This document shows positions 24,701 through 33,594 of a DNA stretch of 33,791 bases, in pieces (the first letter of the stretch is position 1; every line of letters starts with the position of its first letter). The translations under genes were made by a program, and so were the position numbers. The stretch is from a virus (taxonomy: Duplodnaviria; Caudoviricetes), in the IMG/VR virus record IMGVR_UViG_3300032216_000678, positions 1 to 33,791 of that record; one strand, given 5' to 3'. The notes below the pieces were generated by a model. It had not been told where the DNA came from, did no database searches, and saw nothing but the letters and a program-made list of their open reading frames with translations.

Positions 24701-27700
24701 ATCTCGGGCTTGACCGACTTGTACTGATACATCCCGAACGCAGGGATGCTCTTGTTAACCTCTTTGATGATCTGAGCGCCACGCTCCTCGGTGATCCTGC
24801 CGCTTTCAACGGCTTTCTCGACCGCCTGTTCAAACAAGGGAATCTTCTCGCTCTTGTTCAGGGCGCGGTACATCTGCTCACGCAGACGATCTTCATCAAT
24901 GTCGGCAAACCTCTCGGACTCTTTGGCGGTGTCCGACAAATAGATGATCCCATCCTTGAACTCAACGAAGTCGCTGGTGGTGCCGTGGAACATCTTGATG
25001 GGGTCACCCCCCTCATCAAGCCACTTGCTGGCTCCAACATACTGTTTAAACTCTTCAGTGTCGGGCACGTTTGCTTTGTCTGCTGCTTCCTGAGCTTCTT
25101 CTGCGCTTGGGAAAGCAACGTTCTTCAGGCTGTAGCGGATGTCCGGGTTGTTAATGTCGTAAGTGCCAATGTTGCCGGTGGCAGACTTGATCTGAGACGG
25201 CTCATAGACGGCAAGGTTCTTTTGGCCGCCTTCTTTTACGTAGAAACCGTCAAAACCCAAATCCTTGGCCGCTTTTTGAACCGTCGAGTTTTCAATCTCT
25301 TCCCAGTTGCCAGTCTTTAAGGTTCCAGCAATCTTGTTACCAAGAGCGCGGCCATATGAGTCAAACTTTTTGTTCATCTCAGCGACAACAGCCGCCACAT
25401 GATCTGGGTTTTCGTAGTCAAAAGGATTCTCTGCGCGGACGTAAACGGGCAGGATGTTTGGCCCGGTGGGCATCATTGGTTTATACGCATTACGCAGGTA
25501 CTCTTGAGCCTCTGCGGTGGCGTCTTCGTACTTGCCTGACTTCAGGCTGTCGATCATCACCTTGCCCTCTGGGAGGGCTTTGTAATCCTTGCGGATCGCG
25601 GCAACCGCATCCTTCACGCCCTTCGCCAGTTCCTCTTTGGATAAGAACTCTTCTGGGTGTGCAGACATCCAAGCCGCACTGTCTTTTGAGAACATCTCGG
25701 CGAACTTTGGATTGTCCGTCAGGAAGATGGCACCAGCCTGCTTGCCTCTGAACTCAGTGATGTCACGGGCTGTGCCGTGGTACATAACCTTGGGTTCGCC
25801 ATCTGCGCCAACAATCTTGCTGTTACCAAACCAGCGTTTAAACTCAGGGGTGTTTGGAGCACGTAGGCTGAGCTTCTTCTCACCCATTGCAATCTCTGCT
25901 TGGGTGCCAACGTAGTTGACTGGCGCATTGTGGTTCAAGATGACCATCATTCCCATTGAGGGAACTGCGTAACCATCGTATCCAGCATCAACAACTTCAG
26001 TCTCAAACTGGTTGGAATCGCCTTGGGCCTGTGTAAACAACTTGTTCATCGCCGGGCCGGGGGCTAGGATGTTGTCGAACTGTTGCTTGTAAACGTGGTT
26101 ACCAACACCCGACTCAACGGCTGGCATGGTGCCGTCTTCTTTAGGAATGTAGAAGTAAACCCGCTTCTTGATGCGGTCGTCAAAGGCATCTTCCAAGCGG
26201 CGACGCTCTGCACCACGCAGACCTGTGCCGTACTTAGCGGCATTAAGTTCTTCTACCTTGGCGTTTCCGTAGTGAACGCCATTAAAACTGCTTGCGTCAG
26301 GCTGTTTTGTGCCAAGCACAATACCCTTTACCGGATTCTCTATGTTTTCAACACGGCCTTCTTTCCATGTCCATTCTGGCATTAGCCCAGTTTTTTGGTC
26401 TGCAAATACAGTATCCTCAACCTTAGCCGTTTGATTCTTTTCGCCGCTTGGGCCGTAGTTCAACCAGCTGTTTTGACCTCGAGTCTCAGAGGTGAGTGCG
26501 CCAAGCGCAGGGCCAGTAAAAAGCTTCGCATGAGCCTGCCATGCATTCTCTTCGCCTCGAGCACGGAATCCAGCGCCCTCAAGGCCGTGACCAAATGCGT
26601 CATGCACGGCGCGAAACAAATCGTTTGCCAGCACAGGCGCAAGGGGGCCATTGGGACCGCCAACAGGCCACTTAATGTTGGTTTTTGACAGCAGCGGGTT
26701 GGCTTCTGGGCTGAAGTCTGTTTCGTTTCCAAAACCTTCGTTGGTTGGGTATATGCCCATTTCCTTGTTGGCGCGGATATCCCGCATCGCATTCCAAGGA
26801 GAAGATAAGTATGTGAGGTTGTCGGGTTTGCTGGTGTCAATAAACCAAAACTTGTAGCCAGCATTTTCCAAAGCGCGATACTGATCAGTGGTTTGTTTGA
26901 TCAGGTCTTTGTATGCCGCCTTGACCTGTGGGTCTTGGGGTGCATGATCCATCCTGTCGTACTCTTCCGCAATACGGCGAGCACGATCTTCATCAACATC
27001 AACGTAACGCGCTTGGCGTTTTAACTCGATGCCTTTTTCTGCGGCATATTTTTCTGCGACCCCAACAAGTCTCGGGTCTGGGCCATGAAAGCCTTCGACT
27101 GATGGCGCATCTTCAAGAGGCGCAAGTCTGCGATCCTCTTCGAGTCTTCCTCGTTCTCCGATTGAGTACTTGGGTTGTTCGCCTCCTGCGCTGGGTCGAG
27201 CGGCAGGTTGTTCAGGTCTAGTGGTTTCACGCTTCTCTCCTTTTACTGGCCGTGCAGCCGACGGAGCAGCACCGCTGATACCCAGCTTACCGCCTTTTCC
27301 TCTTGACTCTGCGTATTTTCTTCCTCCATCACTGAATCCGTAGGATGGTGAGAGGACTCCCATTTTGGTGAAGAGCTTTTGCTCATAGAACCAGAGGAGG
27401 GACTGGGCTTGGTACGGCTTGATTCTTGCATTTTTTGCTACCTCATTAACAAGTGCTTTGACTGCTCTGCGTTGCGGCTCAGTTGGCGCATCAACAATTT
27501 TTCCATCCGGCCCCAGCATTTTGCCAAAGTACCGATTGAAGGTTCGGGTCATCCACTTGTCTACAGTGACATCGTGGATACCATTTAAATTGGATACAAA
27601 TGGTCCAACTTTTGGTCCAAAAGCGTAAAGCCCCGGCTTTATGTCGGCGAGTTTACCATCAATACCAGACTTCATATTGCCATACTGAAGACGGAATTGA

Positions 27701-30435
27701 TTAATTTCTCTTACGGTGTGATCACTGAACAGCCACTCCAGAGCCTTTTCCTGACCCATGTCTTTGACCATGTTGTTAAGAAAATCAAGCTGAGTTTTTT
27801 TGTTGGCAGATTGAGTCCCACCCTGCCATAAGCCTCCGGTCTCAGGATTGGTGCCCGGAATTTCTTTTGTGGCAATGTAGTGTTCAAACGCTTTAGCGGC
27901 AATAAACCAATTGTCGCGTGCGTTGGTCTGAGGCGACATGATCCCTGCGACAACGCTAAAGAGAAGACGATTTTTCTCTTCGCTTAACTGCGGAATAAAT
28001 TTTTCAGTTTGTTTAAAGGCTTCCTTGATGTCCTCTTCGTACCAATCAAGGCCAGATTTTTCTTGAGCCAGTTGGTACTCAACCTCTTTAGTTGCACTCT
28101 CTACCGCCTGATCAAAGCTTTGTTTGTCGTTGTAGTCAAGCCGGTCGCCACTGCGTTCTTTGACTTGATCATCAAAGTATTTGCCAACAGTATCGACAGT
28201 TGGCTTAATTTTGAAGTCAGGCTTTTCTTCGCCCATAACAATCGGAAGACTCAGCTTTTGTGTCTCCGCAGATTCTTTGGGAGCAGCTTTGAGCTGGCCC
28301 TTTTCAATCTTGCCGAAGATGTCGTCTGCGGTCTGGAACCCGGCACCGTTTAGATGGTTACGCAGCGCCTCAAAGAATGCCTTGATACGTTTAAATAGTG
28401 CAGCAATCATGCCGGGCGGAGGTTTAGCACCTTTGTCGTAGCTACCAAAGGCGTCGGCAATGGCTTCCTCTGTCAAGTTGTTGTTTACATAACTGTTCAG
28501 TTCGTTGCCGGAAAGACCCTTGGCTTCGCCCTGCTTAGTGAACATGTCAACGTAAGCATCGTGGCGGGACTGACCCTCTGCGTGGGGAGTCTCTTTAAGA
28601 ACATTGATCCACTCTTGGTTTGCCCGGTCATTCAAAACACGCCACTGATCGGGCGTGAAGAAGCCCAAGTCTTTCAGGGCGTGGACGGACTCATGGCGCA
28701 GGGTTTGAACCGGATTGCGTTCATCCAAGGCAATACTAATCAGGTTCTTTAGGTAGCTTCCGCCCTCGCCTTGGGGTAGCTTGGCTGCGACGTTTAGATC
28801 AACATCCTTCAGGCCAAACTGTTTCAACAGAGGCTGGAGCTGCTGCTTTAATTCCGTGCTGGCTTGAAGTTCTTGGGCTTGCTTTTGATACTCCTCCGGG
28901 CCAATCTGTTTGGCGATGTGGGATGCGGCTTGTTCTGGCGTTTTAAACGTGCCAAGCACCTCACCCTCACGCTCCTTGTGAGTTAGGTCGTATTCGTTCT
29001 GCACCCTAGTGACGGGAGCCATTGGTTTCATGGTCAAAGGCACTGAGAGGGACTGAGTCCGCTCCATCAGTTGGCTGACCTGCTCCTGAGCCTGCTGCTC
29101 TTGTAAACGCAGGTTCTCCTGAGCCTGCATGTACTGCTCGCTCTGGGTCTGGCCTGTGGCTTCCATCACTTCAACAGCGGTACGAGCCTTGGCAACGCCT
29201 TCGTTGATCTTGTCAATTTCCTGCAAAGACTTTTCAGTCTCTTGCTGCCGAATTGTGTTTAAACGCTCAATCTTTGGCTGTACTTCAGCTTCGGTAGTAA
29301 CCGTGGACAGAGGGGCATCAGAGCCTTCTGCAAAGATTTGGTAGCCCTCTGGCTCAATGGTTTCACCAACCTGACGGGCGGTAGCTTTAAATCCGCCGGG
29401 GAGTTCATGGGACTCGGGTTCAGGAGGACGGAGTGCCGCTTCCTCTTGTTCTTTTTTCAGCTGTTCATCAGCTTGTTGTTGTTGGAGCTGCTGATACTCT
29501 GCACGGGCACCGGGACGCTCAATGGTGCGTCCAGCAACACCAAATGGGCCACCAACTAAGGCTGCTCCGTAGGCGGCTTCGCCGTATTCCTTTTGAGCTT
29601 CTTCGTCAGTCAGCGGTAAGCCAGCCTGTAAACGCTCCAGCATCTGCTGTGCAACCTCGGTTGGGACTTCAGCCGCAAGACCTTTAATGCCACCCTTGGC
29701 AATAGACGCCATGATAGATTCTTTAGCGGCGGCTTCAACGGCTTCATTGGTCCCCTTCTTGAGAAGGGCTTCAGCTTGAGGGCCAAGCAACTTACCAATC
29801 GCTCCACGGCCAAGGGGCAGGACCTCAGAAAATACTTCCAAAGCTGCGCCGGGTAAGGCTGCACCAAGTGCGGCTGTACGGGAAACCTCTGGATTCTTTT
29901 CTTCAGCTTGGCGTTGAAGATTCTGGGCATACAACTGAGGAAGGGCGGACAGACCAGCGCCAGCCAAGCCGCCAACAATAGTTCCAATACCGGGCGCAAC
30001 TGCGCTACCGGCCATAGCTCCAAGACGAGCGCCGCCAATAGCTGTAGCCATGTTGGGGAACTGCTCCGCCAATGCGGCGGGGACTTGAGAAACAGCTTCG
30101 CCGACAGCGGGGAACAGTCCTCGCTCTTCGTATGCTTTCTTGACCTTTTCCAAGCTTGCGCCGGGGGCATACTGCTCACCCAGCTTTTTGCTTCGCTCTA
30201 CGCCACGCTCTGCGGCAGTCTGAGGATTAATGACAGACTCAAGCGCAGTCTCAATGTCTGAGCCAAAGCGTTTAATACCGCCAGTGAAAGCGGCACCAAT
30301 GCCCTCTTTGGGTTGAGGGGCTGGTTGACCAAGCTGACCCTGAACCAAAGACCAGACCTGATCATTGGTTAAGTCCTCGGGAGAATCCACCCGGTACTTG
30401 CCAGAACCGGGAACATCAACCATGTACTGGGGCAT
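21772..30435 (-). CDS. Giant polyvalent internal-virion (ejection) protein: zincin peptidase, HhH glycosylase-like domain, tandem ART-like domains, LPD38-like C terminus
   Basis: HESVH...EEAIA; SPQT...GPKV...VTVDKW; two [YF]HGT...GFDG...QxKS.TGN.G.Y domains; MNFNRKG...VPFLNARIQG...RIPIPFEVG C-terminal signature. Confidence 0.85.
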   Translation of the reverse strand: MPQYMVDVPGSGKYRVDSPEDLTNDQVWSLVQGQLGQPAPQPKEGIGAAFTGGIKRFGSDIETALESVINPQTAAERGVERSKKLGEQYAPGASLEKVKKAYEERGLFPAVGEAVSQVPAALAEQFPNMATAIGGARLGAMAGSAVAPGIGTIVGGLAGAGLSALPQLYAQNLQRQAEEKNPEVSRTAALGAALPGAALEVFSEVLPLGRGAIGKLLGPQAEALLKKGTNEAVEAAAKESIMASIAKGGIKGLAAEVPTEVAQQMLERLQAGLPLTDEEAQKEYGEAAYGAALVGGPFGVAGRTIERPGARAEYQQLQQQQADEQLKKEQEEAALRPPEPESHELPGGFKATARQVGETIEPEGYQIFAEGSDAPLSTVTTEAEVQPKIERLNTIRQQETEKSLQEIDKINEGVAKARTAVEVMEATGQTQSEQYMQAQENLRLQEQQAQEQVSQLMERTQSLSVPLTMKPMAPVTRVQNEYDLTHKEREGEVLGTFKTPEQAASHIAKQIGPEEYQKQAQELQASTELKQQLQPLLKQFGLKDVDLNVAAKLPQGEGGSYLKNLISIALDERNPVQTLRHESVHALKDLGFFTPDQWRVLNDRANQEWINVLKETPHAEGQSRHDAYVDMFTKQGEAKGLSGNELNSYVNNNLTEEAIADAFGSYDKGAKPPPGMIAALFKRIKAFFEALRNHLNGAGFQTADDIFGKIEKGQLKAAPKESAETQKLSLPIVMGEEKPDFKIKPTVDTVGKYFDDQVKERSGDRLDYNDKQSFDQAVESATKEVEYQLAQEKSGLDWYEEDIKEAFKQTEKFIPQLSEEKNRLLFSVVAGIMSPQTNARDNWFIAAKAFEHYIATKEIPGTNPETGGLWQGGTQSANKKTQLDFLNNMVKDMGQEKALEWLFSDHTVREINQFRLQYGNMKSGIDGKLADIKPGLYAFGPKVGPFVSNLNGIHDVTVDKWMTRTFNRYFGKMLGPDGKIVDAPTEPQRRAVKALVNEVAKNARIKPYQAQSLLWFYEQKLFTKMGVLSPSYGFSDGGRKYAESRGKGGKLGISGAAPSAARPVKGEKRETTRPEQPAARPSAGGEQPKYSIGERGRLEEDRRLAPLEDAPSVEGFHGPDPRLVGVAEKYAAEKGIELKRQARYVDVDEDRARRIAEEYDRMDHAPQDPQVKAAYKDLIKQTTDQYRALENAGYKFWFIDTSKPDNLTYLSSPWNAMRDIRANKEMGIYPTNEGFGNETDFSPEANPLLSKTNIKWPVGGPNGPLAPVLANDLFRAVHDAFGHGLEGAGFRARGEENAWQAHAKLFTGPALGALTSETRGQNSWLNYGPSGEKNQTAKVEDTVFADQKTGLMPEWTWKEGRVENIENPVKGIVLGTKQPDASSFNGVHYGNAKVEELNAAKYGTGLRGAERRRLEDAFDDRIKKRVYFYIPKEDGTMPAVESGVGNHVYKQQFDNILAPGPAMNKLFTQAQGDSNQFETEVVDAGYDGYAVPSMGMMVILNHNAPVNYVGTQAEIAMGEKKLSLRAPNTPEFKRWFGNSKIVGADGEPKVMYHGTARDITEFRGKQAGAIFLTDNPKFAEMFSKDSAAWMSAHPEEFLSKEELAKGVKDAVAAIRKDYKALPEGKVMIDSLKSGKYEDATAEAQEYLRNAYKPMMPTGPNILPVYVRAENPFDYENPDHVAAVVAEMNKKFDSYGRALGNKIAGTLKTGNWEEIENSTVQKAAKDLGFDGFYVKEGGQKNLAVYEPSQIKSATGNIGTYDINNPDIRYSLKNVAFPSAEEAQEAADKANVPDTEEFKQYVGASKWLDEGGDPIKMFHGTTSDFVEFKDGIIYLSDTAKESERFADIDEDRLREQMYRALNKSEKIPLFEQAVEKAVESGRITEERGAQIIKEVNKSIPAFGMYQYKSVKPEMDEILMDLSPSKKKVMPLYARSEMPFDFRNPDHVDQILGAVAYLKSDTYKNAESSKYQEQWERNLKGQLQKGLTAAIEDKLVQKAIRKIGFDGFVSRKSQTSPLTYAVYQPNQVKSITGNLGEYGMETKNIRYSLPTMSADVNAAVDRVTTTREQKGWAERLLSTLAPEKFSSYRQAAINRYNRLSEADKLRAEKMGGEALLARNSAEAAALMSDNHSGVVASVMGVGNRRGGVPVIRNGVTLVDHSKKGVSAIFAPLAKYNDPKVYQYFQFYSAVKRGARLFSEGRERLITPADIKHAAEIGQKFPEFEDIRKEWVEFNNALVDYQKKAGVLSDEAARQFTMYSDYIPFYRQMDGEQTLGPKIYNAISGVKTPKALKGGEAPLADFLETITRNTHAAIGAGMKNIAAQRAVKVGKDVLIVHDIQPGSKVSALETISVLENGKQVQYQCTDQLFIDAVKSLNMPELPFMGLLSAPANFLRNVVTRDPGFIMTNLLRDSLSAYVTSGANMTPIAGTIINFGKAMKGVDPSFEALMDAGILGGYEFSANVEQSGKTFAKDLEKKSGHGKSLLTPFKSVWDGLEHATTASDAATRMAVYERVLKETGDEAEALYRAQEVMNFNRKGSSPVVRILTAAVPFLNARIQGLDVFYRASTGNMNTADAKEIQRKFWVRGMTMLGLSMMYYFAVAGNPDYEDQEQETKDNNWIIPGVGRIPIPFEVGTLFKTVPERIAAYFFGTDTGEDFRKAMYRAANSFVPLSPAAYIPQTMKPILESMTNYNFFTQREIVGAGMKDIDPEFQVGPGTSALAEFLGKLGLSPLKTDHVIKGYTGTMGMYAVDLIDTIMDLNSDSPKPAKRFEQMPVIKRFAIDPEARGSVTAYYDLKHTVDTTVRTMNLLEKTSRPEDYARYLQENVGALAVRPMVSQMDKTMTQLRDMRRQITNSPMSAEEKRDALTAIGRAEKNLTANIQTLKKTISELK

Positions 30436-30437
30436 AT

Positions 30438-33155
30438 TTAGCTCCCCATTTTCGTAATTGTTACACCTTGAGGCATTGCCATCCCGCCAGATTGTGCTGG
30501 CTGTGCGCCGCCAAGTTCGTCCATTCTCTTTTGCTTATCGGCTTGCAGTTTTTGGTACAGAGGACTGCTTGGGTCCATGAACTTCATCATACCAAACTCA
30601 GCCTCAATCTTTTGTTTTTGCACGTCTTGTCTACCTTGCTGTGCGGCATCGGTACGGAACTTGTAGCCAGCAATCTCAGATGCACGATTAAGTGAATCCT
30701 CAACACTCAATTTGGGGTTAGATGCTTGCAACTGTGCGGCAATCTTTTGAATTGGAGAGGTAGCAGTTTGATTTGCCTGCTGGGCCAAGATACCAAGCTT
30801 CTTGTATTCCAGACCAAGCATCTCTTGATCGTGCTTCTGCTTCCGCAAGGCTTCCGCATGAGCCAGAGCATTTGACATGTCGCCCTTGGACACGGACAGG
30901 TTGAACTTGGCGTTCTCACGGTTCATGGCAAGCATGTTGTCCTGCATTGCATTCTCAATCTTCTTACTCTGAGCCAGAGCATCAGTGATAGAAGGTGCGG
31001 CTGCTGCTGCACTACCCAAGAATCGAGCGCCGGGCTTGGCAGCTTGAGCGGCCATCTGGAAGCCAAACTGTGCCAAAGCATCTGCGCCAGCGCCCTTGCG
31101 TTGTTCTGCGAGTCGAGCCTGCATGGCTTCTTGGTCAGCCTTTTGTTGCGCCCGGTACTCTTCATTCATTGCTTTGTTGTCTGCAAAGAATTTGGCATAC
31201 GGGTCTTCCGCAGGTGCGGCTTGAGCGGCAGGTGTGCGTGCGGCAGAGATAGAAGCTGGTGCAGGTTTGGCAACAGCAGAAGTGGCCTTAGCCTCGGCGG
31301 CTTGAGCAATTTCCATCTTCCTTGCGGCTTCGGCCAACAGTTTCTTTTCTTCATCAGAGTATTCACCCGGCTTGCGGGTTTTCTCTGCCTGAGCTTTACG
31401 TTGCTCAGATGCACCTTTTTCAAGGGCGCGACGATTTTCAGGATTAAAAATACCAAGGCGCTCCATCATGGTTAGATCGGAGGGGGTGGTGTCTTTTGTT
31501 TGAGCCATGATCTCTGACCCGCCAGTTCCCATCGGGTCACTAACCAAGTCACCATCGGCAAAAGCCACCATACCTCCAGCAGCCATCATTGCTTGCTGTT
31601 GATCATTGGGCAGACTATTGAAAGCGCCACCCATGCCATTACGCTCTGAGGCACGCATACTCTCCTCTTCCATGATGGCTTGGAGCTGCTCTGAGTCACC
31701 GCGAGCTTGAGCGGCCTTCTTGGCTTCTGCCAACTGTTGATCACTCAGGGTGTGGACAATGTTTTCAATGTTGCCTTGGGAGTCAACGCTACCACCTTCG
31801 GCAAATAGTCCAGCCTTGCTCAGGCCGTATGCACCCATACCCAAACCAGCAACTTGACCCGCCATGCTGCCCGGACCTTGATACATAGACGATGTTGACT
31901 GCTGACCCAGTGGTAAGCCACGGATCATGTCGGACATGAAGCCCATCTGTTTATACGGGAAGTTCTGCTGGTTCAGGAAGTCTTGGTAAGACTGAGACAG
32001 ACCCTGCTGTTGCAGAGCCTGCTGTTGAGAGCCATACTGGTTTTGCAACTGGTTAATGCCCATCTGCTGGCCGTACTGAGTCTGACCCAGATTACCCAAA
32101 GCATTTGCTGCGGACAGACCTAAGCCTGCGCCTTGCATACCGTAGTTGGCACCAAACTGGCGGGACTGCTCTCCCAGCTGTTGGGCAGACAAGCCATACT
32201 GAGCTGCGTTTTGAGCAGCGTTCATGCTTTGTCCGTAGCCATACTGGCGGGACTGTTCTGCGGCGTTCTGTGCGGCTTGGTTTGCAGATTGGTTTGCTAA
32301 CTGGGCTTGCATGTTCTGACCAGCGCCAAGTTGTTGCACGCCTAACAATGCGTTTAAATTCTGTCCGCCAACAGTCAGCCCGGCTTGTTGATTAGCTTGC
32401 TGCGCTTGCAGGTTAGCCTGTTGTTGTTGGTTAAACTGCTGTTGAGCATTCTGGAATGCGGCTTGACTCCCGGTAGCTTGAATGTTGCCTAACTGAGTAC
32501 CCAAGTTACGCTGACGCTCAGCCTCCAACAGACCCGCACGGGAACCACCAAAGGCACCCTGTTGAACTGCTTGGCCTGCCTGTTGAGTTCCAACGATGTC
32601 AGATTGGCGCTGTGCTTCTTTCTGTTGTGTATTTACAACATCTTGCATGTACGGAGACATGTACTGATCGACATTGTTTCCGGTGTAGTTTTGCGTTTGA
32701 ACTTGTTGGGCTGGACCCATCTGGAAGTTCTGCAACCCGGGTCCTTGAACTTGGTTGTATCCAAATTGACCTGCTTGATACTGCCCCGGCGCTTGGTATT
32801 GGTTACCATAGTTACCGGCTTGGTAGGCTGCGTTATTACCAAAGAGGCCAGCCTGTTGAGCCATCTGAGACGCAGTGTCCAGCTGACCAGAAGTTTGCAT
32901 CCCCGCAGCTTGATTCTGCGCTTGGGTCTGGAGATCGCTGAAACCTGCAATACGGGGCTGGTCGTAGGTCTGATAGCCTTGCTCCGTGATAGATTGCGCC
33001 TTGCCAAGCAACTGCTGGGCGTAGGGCCTTGCCCAAGCAGGAAGCTCGGTTGACGACGTTTGTTGTTGCTGGGGCTGGCTGGGATTTCCAAAATCAAGAT
33101 GATACTTGCGGACGCCGTCTTTGGAGTAGCCGGAAAACTTATTTGGGATCAACAT
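30438..33155 (-). CDS. Q/G/A-rich DNA pilot or ejection protein
   Basis: ELPAWARPY, YMSPYMQDVV, GAFGGSR, YQDFLNQQNFPY; low complexity; upstream of the giant protein. Confidence 0.75.
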   Translation of the reverse strand: MLIPNKFSGYSKDGVRKYHLDFGNPSQPQQQQTSSTELPAWARPYAQQLLGKAQSITEQGYQTYDQPRIAGFSDLQTQAQNQAAGMQTSGQLDTASQMAQQAGLFGNNAAYQAGNYGNQYQAPGQYQAGQFGYNQVQGPGLQNFQMGPAQQVQTQNYTGNNVDQYMSPYMQDVVNTQQKEAQRQSDIVGTQQAGQAVQQGAFGGSRAGLLEAERQRNLGTQLGNIQATGSQAAFQNAQQQFNQQQQANLQAQQANQQAGLTVGGQNLNALLGVQQLGAGQNMQAQLANQSANQAAQNAAEQSRQYGYGQSMNAAQNAAQYGLSAQQLGEQSRQFGANYGMQGAGLGLSAANALGNLGQTQYGQQMGINQLQNQYGSQQQALQQQGLSQSYQDFLNQQNFPYKQMGFMSDMIRGLPLGQQSTSSMYQGPGSMAGQVAGLGMGAYGLSKAGLFAEGGSVDSQGNIENIVHTLSDQQLAEAKKAAQARGDSEQLQAIMEEESMRASERNGMGGAFNSLPNDQQQAMMAAGGMVAFADGDLVSDPMGTGGSEIMAQTKDTTPSDLTMMERLGIFNPENRRALEKGASEQRKAQAEKTRKPGEYSDEEKKLLAEAARKMEIAQAAEAKATSAVAKPAPASISAARTPAAQAAPAEDPYAKFFADNKAMNEEYRAQQKADQEAMQARLAEQRKGAGADALAQFGFQMAAQAAKPGARFLGSAAAAAPSITDALAQSKKIENAMQDNMLAMNRENAKFNLSVSKGDMSNALAHAEALRKQKHDQEMLGLEYKKLGILAQQANQTATSPIQKIAAQLQASNPKLSVEDSLNRASEIAGYKFRTDAAQQGRQDVQKQKIEAEFGMMKFMDPSSPLYQKLQADKQKRMDELGGAQPAQSGGMAMPQGVTITKMGS

Positions 33156-33594
33156 TTAAATGCTCCTTGCGGTAATCATCAAACCGCTCGTAAAAAATTG
33201 ACTTCCACATCTCTGGAAGCACTTCTTTGGCTTTCTCCGGCCCAACACAAACATACACGGCGTATGCCACGATGTTGCCAGCGGCGTACCGCAAACCATG
33301 TGCAATCTCAAGTCCATGCTCATCCTTGGACTGTTCAAACATGTTGGCAGTTTCATACGCAGACACAACCGTTAGCCACATGGGCAAAATCTGGTCTTGA
33401 ATCGCCCGGTAGAACGGGTTGGCTGGCAAGTAAACCAAACAAGTTAAGAAAGCTTGATTGATCTTTTCTTGCGGAACAGGCACATCGCGATCTACCAGAT
33501 CGTCCCAGATGTGGGCCAAATCCGAAAAGGCGCGGTACATGTTGAGGGCATCTTGATTCCCCCCAAACCACTCAAGCTTTCCTACTTCTTTCAT
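33139..33594 (-). CDS. All-helical DDxxD-motif protein (isoprenoid-synthase-like, function unknown)
   Basis: LAHIWDDLVDRD; coupled to both neighbours. Confidence 0.7.
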   Translation of the reverse strand: MKEVGKLEWFGGNQDALNMYRAFSDLAHIWDDLVDRDVPVPQEKINQAFLTCLVYLPANPFYRAIQDQILPMWLTVVSAYETANMFEQSKDEHGLEIAHGLRYAAGNIVAYAVYVCVGPEKAKEVLPEMWKSIFYERFDDYRKEHLNVDPK

